From: Anthoceros angustus
Lineage: Eukaryota > Plantae > Anthocerotophyta
Assembly (NCBI GenBank): GCA_010909165.1
Contig: MU008184.1
Span: forward strand, 558,001 to 622,000
DNA length: 64,000 nt
Direction: 5' to 3'
Each line of letters begins with the position of its first letter. Within the stretch, counting starts at the first letter, position 1. A model generated the notes under the pieces. That model was given only the letters and a program-made list of their open reading frames with translations, was not told where the DNA came from and did not search any database. Made by a program: the position numbers and the translations under genes. Positions 58,695-64,000 of this stretch are shown one piece after another.

Positions 58695-61600
58695 TCATCT
58701 TCTCTTTGATCGCTTTCTTGTCGTACAGATGATGTTTCCTTGCGTCATTTTGAACCCATAATAAACGATAACTGCTTTCCGAACGAATAACTTCAGTATA
58801 TTAGGTGGATTGTGTTGTTTGCCCTCTTCCTTTTCGGGTGACGGCCTCGCTCTCAACTCGAGGATGACTTCCGCCATATACTTCCCTTCAGAGGCCTGTG
58901 GTCTCCTCCACCAATGCACAAGTAAGTAAGGATCAGGTGCGGTGAAATGGACTTCCACAACCTTTGCGAGCCAGAAAGCTCTGTTGTGTATGTCACCCTC
59001 ACAAGGCGTTATAATGAACATGCCTTTCTCTATCTCCATGATATCCCCATTCATCCTTTCACACTCTTGTCCTTGACGATCAGCACCCTGGTGGGGTCCT
59101 AAGTACATGTCCCTTTGGGGAATCTCCCGCAACAATGCTTCATCTAGAACAACAACCCCTGCCACTGGAGGTGGACAGTGAATTGCGTCGGCTGTTGCTC
59201 TGTCGTACCACTTCCATGGTTTTTCCAGCACAAGACCAATATTGTTGTCTACGATACATGCAATCTCCTCCTGATCCTTCCAGAACATTGTCCACCATTG
59301 TTCTTCTTCGTCATTGACATATGTTGGTAGATTTAGCATTCCTTTCCGCAAGTAAGCAACCCCTCGACAGCCATCCCGCAACACCACCTCTTTTGTCCTT
59401 GGCTTGAGCGCCATCAAAGGTGCCGCTAATATCGCTCGAACAAACGCCGAACTCCAAGCCATCTTGACTCCCACGAGGAGAGGTTGAATCGCTTACTCGG
59501 ATAATCATACTTTCCACGATTCTCCTCTCGTGTGATTTTGAACCGATGTTGAAACGATAGATTGTTCAATTGTTTCACCGCACCTTGTATCGATATCCCG
59601 CCGCCTTTGTTATAGGCCGACATACGTCCGAATCCGAACCTCGGTCAACACCGAACCTCCGGGTTGGGCGATACTGGCTTATCAAGGTTTCCATAGTGGT
59701 AGGGTTTTCACCTCCTTGTGCTTGGATGTTTAGAAAAGCAAGAGAACATCCGTCCACTTGGTCGTGTATGCCCACGAGGAGAACCGACCTTCACCTTTTC
59801 AAAGGTGCCCACCTCAACAAGCATATTGAGGTACGCAAAAGCAACTGGTTCTTATTCTCCGGCATGTGTTATCCACCGCAAATATAGAATTTTCGAAGGA
59901 ACCCATTATACGTGTGGATAACGTCCCGAATAATAGCAATAGTCAAGTTTGCATCATTCCTCGATTCGCAAAGTGGAGATACGCCCGGCTTTCAAAGTAT
60001 AATTGTGTACCATGCAGCCCACCACGTGGATCGCTATGCGCCCTCCTTCAGTCCTTCGCCATCTCAAAATATGCGGCAACTCCGTCTTCTCGATCCATCC
60101 GTCAATGCATAGTAATATGTATTTCGAGGACAAGTAGCTTTAGTGCGATGCTTCATCAACTTCTTCCTCTCGCTCATCAACCGTGTTCGATGTTTATTTA
60201 AAGCGCCCGATATACATCGCTAAACACAAGACCGAACCGCTTAGAAAGGGTGGGTTAGTTCCACAATGGGTTAGCCCATTCAAAAATACAAACATTTTAT
60301 TCCCCAACCATGCCGGAAACATGTCATCGAGGCACCGCGTGCCAATGCCATTCCACCAAGATAGGCATGACAGGGCGAGGAAGGCTCGCCCAACCATCCG
60401 GTGTGCAACTATGCCGAGAGACTCTTCGTGGCGCCGATAACCGATGAGGGCGCCGCATGCGCCGCTAGCGACGGGCGCCGGCCGCTGACGCCCATCCGGC
60501 GCCGCATGCCGGCGCCCATCCGGCGCCGCATGCCGGCGCTTATCGACGGCGCCGGCATGCCGGCGCTCCCATCCGGTGCGCTGAATGCCGCCGCCGGATG
60601 GGAGGGCGCCGCATGCCGGCGCTCCCATCCGGCGCCGCATGCCGCCGCAGATGCCGGCGCCCGCCCGGCTCACCGGGGCATTCCGACGCCGATGGGAGGG
60701 CGCGCATGCCGCCGCCCATCCGGCGCCGCATGCCGGCGCCCATCCGGCGCCGCATGCCGGCGCCCATCCGGCGCCGGCATGCCGGCGCCCATCCGGCGCC
60801 GCATGCCGGCGCCCGCCTCCCGGCATGCCGCCGCCTTCATTCCATGGCTCCAACATGGCGCCGGCATGCCGGCGCCCATCCGGCGCCGGCCGCTGACGCC
60901 GGCGTCTCATCGAAGCGCTCCGGCACGGCAGATGCCGCCGCCTTCATTCCATGGCTCCAACATGGCTGTCGCCGTGGAAGCTAGGGCGGCATTCCGGCGC
61001 CTTTGCATCTACGGCGACGGCTACGCTAGAGGGTTAGCTCTCCGGAAAGAGTATGATACCTATTACAAAGATTCTATGCATGAAATGACGGAGAACCGAG
61101 CCGGGCATACCTTGATCAATCCGATGACCAGTACTCCGGATGTTGTACTTCAACCCCGCGCATAACGCACATGTCGAAAACCGGTTGGACTTCGGAATTT
61201 TCACCCTCTTAAAATTTTCTGTCCATAGCCTCAGGAAATATGCATATGACACAAACCGCAGCCCAGCTTGTTCCATGTCGGTATGATACTGATTCCAAAC
61301 CTCAAGTTTTGTGAATGTGTCCGGAAGGTTGTACACTTCAACGTTGGGCAACCTTTCGCCAACAAGAAATGTTGAGTCCATCCACGCGATCGCAAAGAAG
61401 AGCATGTGAGGATTGCACACGAGGATTCGGCTTGGCCCCATCCCAAGGTGCGTCAAGAATACCGCTCTTCAACTCGTCGATCTTGCAGCCTATGCAAGAA
61501 CTCGACGAAATGCTTTCGTGCAACAACAGACGGGGCTCTCCCATAATGTAGGTGACAACCTTGTCTGCATTTGGCATTCACATCCGGTCTAACAAGAGAT

Positions 61601-62650
61601 TGAAGGAATAACTCGCCCGCCGCCTAGCCTCAAGAACCTTGTCCTCTGTTCTCAAGACCATCCCTTGACAAAATAGGAAGACACAACTTGTTGCAAGATG
61701 GCTTCCGAATCGCCATCACGCCGCTGCCGCCCGTAAAGAGACACCTGCGGCTCGCCTCTTTTGAATCGGCAAAACATTCGTCTCCGCCTGCATTGTCTGA
61801 CTCATCGGCTTCGGCTGATAAGAGACACCATTTCGTTTCCTCTGAGGTGTATGCGGCACATCAACAACGGAATGAACCGGTCGCCCACCACAGCTGGTGT
61901 TCGCATCGTCTGCAAACAGCATCCGATCAGTCCCTTGGGAGGCTGGATTTGGACGACGACCGCCTTTCTCCCTCCGACCTGGGCTTCCACCCACAGCCAG
62001 ACACCTATTCAAGTTCCGGGGAGTAGGTGGCAAATACCGCGGTATTCCTACATTCGGTGCGTGTGTTCTCCTAGCCGCAAAGGAAGACCATCGGTTTCAT
62101 CCCATGGAACAAAGCACGCTTAAGCACCATTTCTACGCGTTTGTGACACCTTGCTATTCAAGTCAAACAAGAAATGTGAACCACATAGGATCCACCATTG
62201 TGACATTTGGTCTTCTGCAAAGGCATGGAGTGGGTATCAAAGAAATGACCTTCTAGTAGGGATTGTGCCGGGCTTGAGTTAGGAGCGCCAAGCGATGGTG
62301 CACCGCGGAGTTCCTTCCTGCCGTCCCTTCCAAGACCTTCTTCTTCTCTGCATAAATGAGAAGGGACCTTGTTGCACCCACGGACTCCATGAACAAGCAC
62401 CTCCTGCAACGGAGCGTTAGAACAAACAGGACGTGCAATGACTTTCCACATTCGTAGCGTAAATGATCACCAGGTCGACTTCAGAGAATACCTCATCCTC
62501 GTCCAAGCCATGGATAGAATGCGATCTTGGCGGCGACTTAGACGATCGGCAAAAGCGGCAACGAACATCAAGCTTGGAACATACCGGATGGGTCTTCAAC
62601 CACCGAAACCTCCCTCTTATTGCCGTCCAACACCGATGCGCTATTCAATT
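58695..62650 (-). mobile_element. Degenerate Sola-like DDD transposase gene B (diverged paralog of A)
   Basis: Cys-rich N-terminus, YFLRLWTENFKRVKIPKSNRFSTCALC, ILLCIDG..KTELPH, VDNTCR(E)NKNQ..FAYLNMLVEVGTFEKVKVGFLLVG(H)HDQVD, and C-terminal FWLAKVVEV...VHWW. Frameshifted. Confidence 0.7.
60470..60900. repeat. GC-rich ~24-bp minisatellite (ccatccggcgccgcatgccggcgc) inside transposase B
   Basis: More than 10 variant units built from the palindromes cggcgccg, gcatgc and gccggc. Confidence 0.9.
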
Positions 62651-64000
62651 AAGAGGGCATAAGACATGCCATACAGACCCTACCACGCGCCCGCCATTGC
62701 ATCGATGGTTCGGTGGCGAGGATATCCAGTGAAAATAGATTGCATTTATTGTGATATAACAAAGGTTCGTAATGATCGAGATAGTGTCATATCCGGTATA
62801 AATAAGACAGGTATTGGGGTTTAAATATTGGCGTGGTCTATATTTCACGTCACCACATTAGGGTTTCTTACGGATGTCCGCTTCTAAAAAGGGTATAACT
62901 TCGAGAGGAGCCCCGTCATACCGCGCGTTTCTTGCAGGTGAAGCTCGACGGAGTGCTCACGGAGGCTGGCGCGCGGGCGTAATCCACAGCGGAAGCACAC
63001 CATCGCGGCCAGGCACCTTGGGCGCAACCTGCTCCAATTCGGCGCTAATCCCATCTGCGGCTGGAGCGATTGGCGCGGACGCAGTCCAGAGGGCTAGAGG
63101 CAGTCATCAGCGCGGACGAAATCGAAGGTATTGTGGCAATCGCCAGCTTTTTGCTCCAACTCACACTGTGTGCGTCACGATTACGAGGTGTGGATTATGG
63201 CGAGTGGACGGGCGTAGCAAGAAAGACCGGGCAAACCGACAACCCCGGATTGTGGTGAAGGCGCGAAATCGAAGGCGCCGACAGGAGATGCGTTGCCCGA
63301 ATCTCCATTGCGGTGAGCGTTTTCAGGCATGTTGGTGTCAATGAATCCATCTTTTCCGTGCTTTTTAACTCCTGCAGGTGTTCTAAGGCTGGGTCTCGAA
63401 TTCAGCAAAAGACAGCAGCACCAAAGCGCATGGAGGAACAGAGGAGAAGAGTGGAATGTCTCGAGCAAAAGAAGAGCACCCGAGCCCAATCCATCGCCAT
63501 ACACGTATGAGGAGACAAGCATCAAGGAGACACACAAGCCAGTTGAGGAAAGCTGCATTGGACAAAGAATGGTTTCTAACCTGCAAGTGAGCCACGGAAG
63601 ATGGGGCAATATGGACACCCTTGTTGAAGTTGTGGGTTACAGGCTACCTGGGGCTCGCCTAATCTCAAGAGCCGGATGGGTATTGTGGGCAAGTTTGAGA
63701 TGGACACATTGCATCCGGAGGTGCAAGTGCTCGCACATCAAGACCCTATGGCGTTGATAATTTGCCGCACACCCCGATGATTACAAGGTGTTCCTCTTCG
63801 TGATAGATGGCTTTCAAGAAATGTGAACCAAAGGAGCTGGCAATGCAATTTCGAAAGCCTACGCGAAACCGGTCTGGCCACTTAGGCCTTCAAATTCACT
63901 TGCACCTTTCCTCCCCATCCCGATATCGACATTTCAACACTATGGTTTTGCGGTGAAGACTGTTTCTACGATGCCTGTGGGGTCATCACAGTCCGTGATT

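Noticed and set aside
60194-61165. Long Ala/Arg/Pro-rich ORFs (238-254 aa) on both strands
   Set aside because: Products of the stop-free GC-rich minisatellite.

Overview
Eukaryotic nuclear DNA from a land plant. Short GT-AG introns, intronless PLS-class PPR genes with a PGxSWW E+ box, Cys-less germin-like proteins and a protamine-like ORF point to a non-seed plant with flagellated sperm; a hornwort is my best guess, by inference only. The left ~38 kb is gene-dense. It holds a 70-aa Arg-rich protamine-like gene, a serine carboxypeptidase-like gene, a plastid Nudix hydrolase, and a decaying tandem array of germin-like + NYN-nuclease modules (4 GLP copies, 1 intact). That array is interrupted by a captured gene and by a tRNA-Arg(TCT) cassette with a Mutator-like element at the tRNA 3' end. 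After the array come XPT and CCS1 head-to-head and two tandem PLS-PPR genes. The right ~26 kb is a nest of transposons: a Ty3/gypsy gag-protease remnant, two degenerate Sola-like (DDD) transposase genes, a full-length Ty1/copia element with extra ORFs, and a large plus-strand accessory gene with a frameshifted ParB-like domain. Repeat regions carry many small indels, some of which may be assembly or consensus errors, so pseudogene calls there are provisional. No CRISPR array or rRNA is present.
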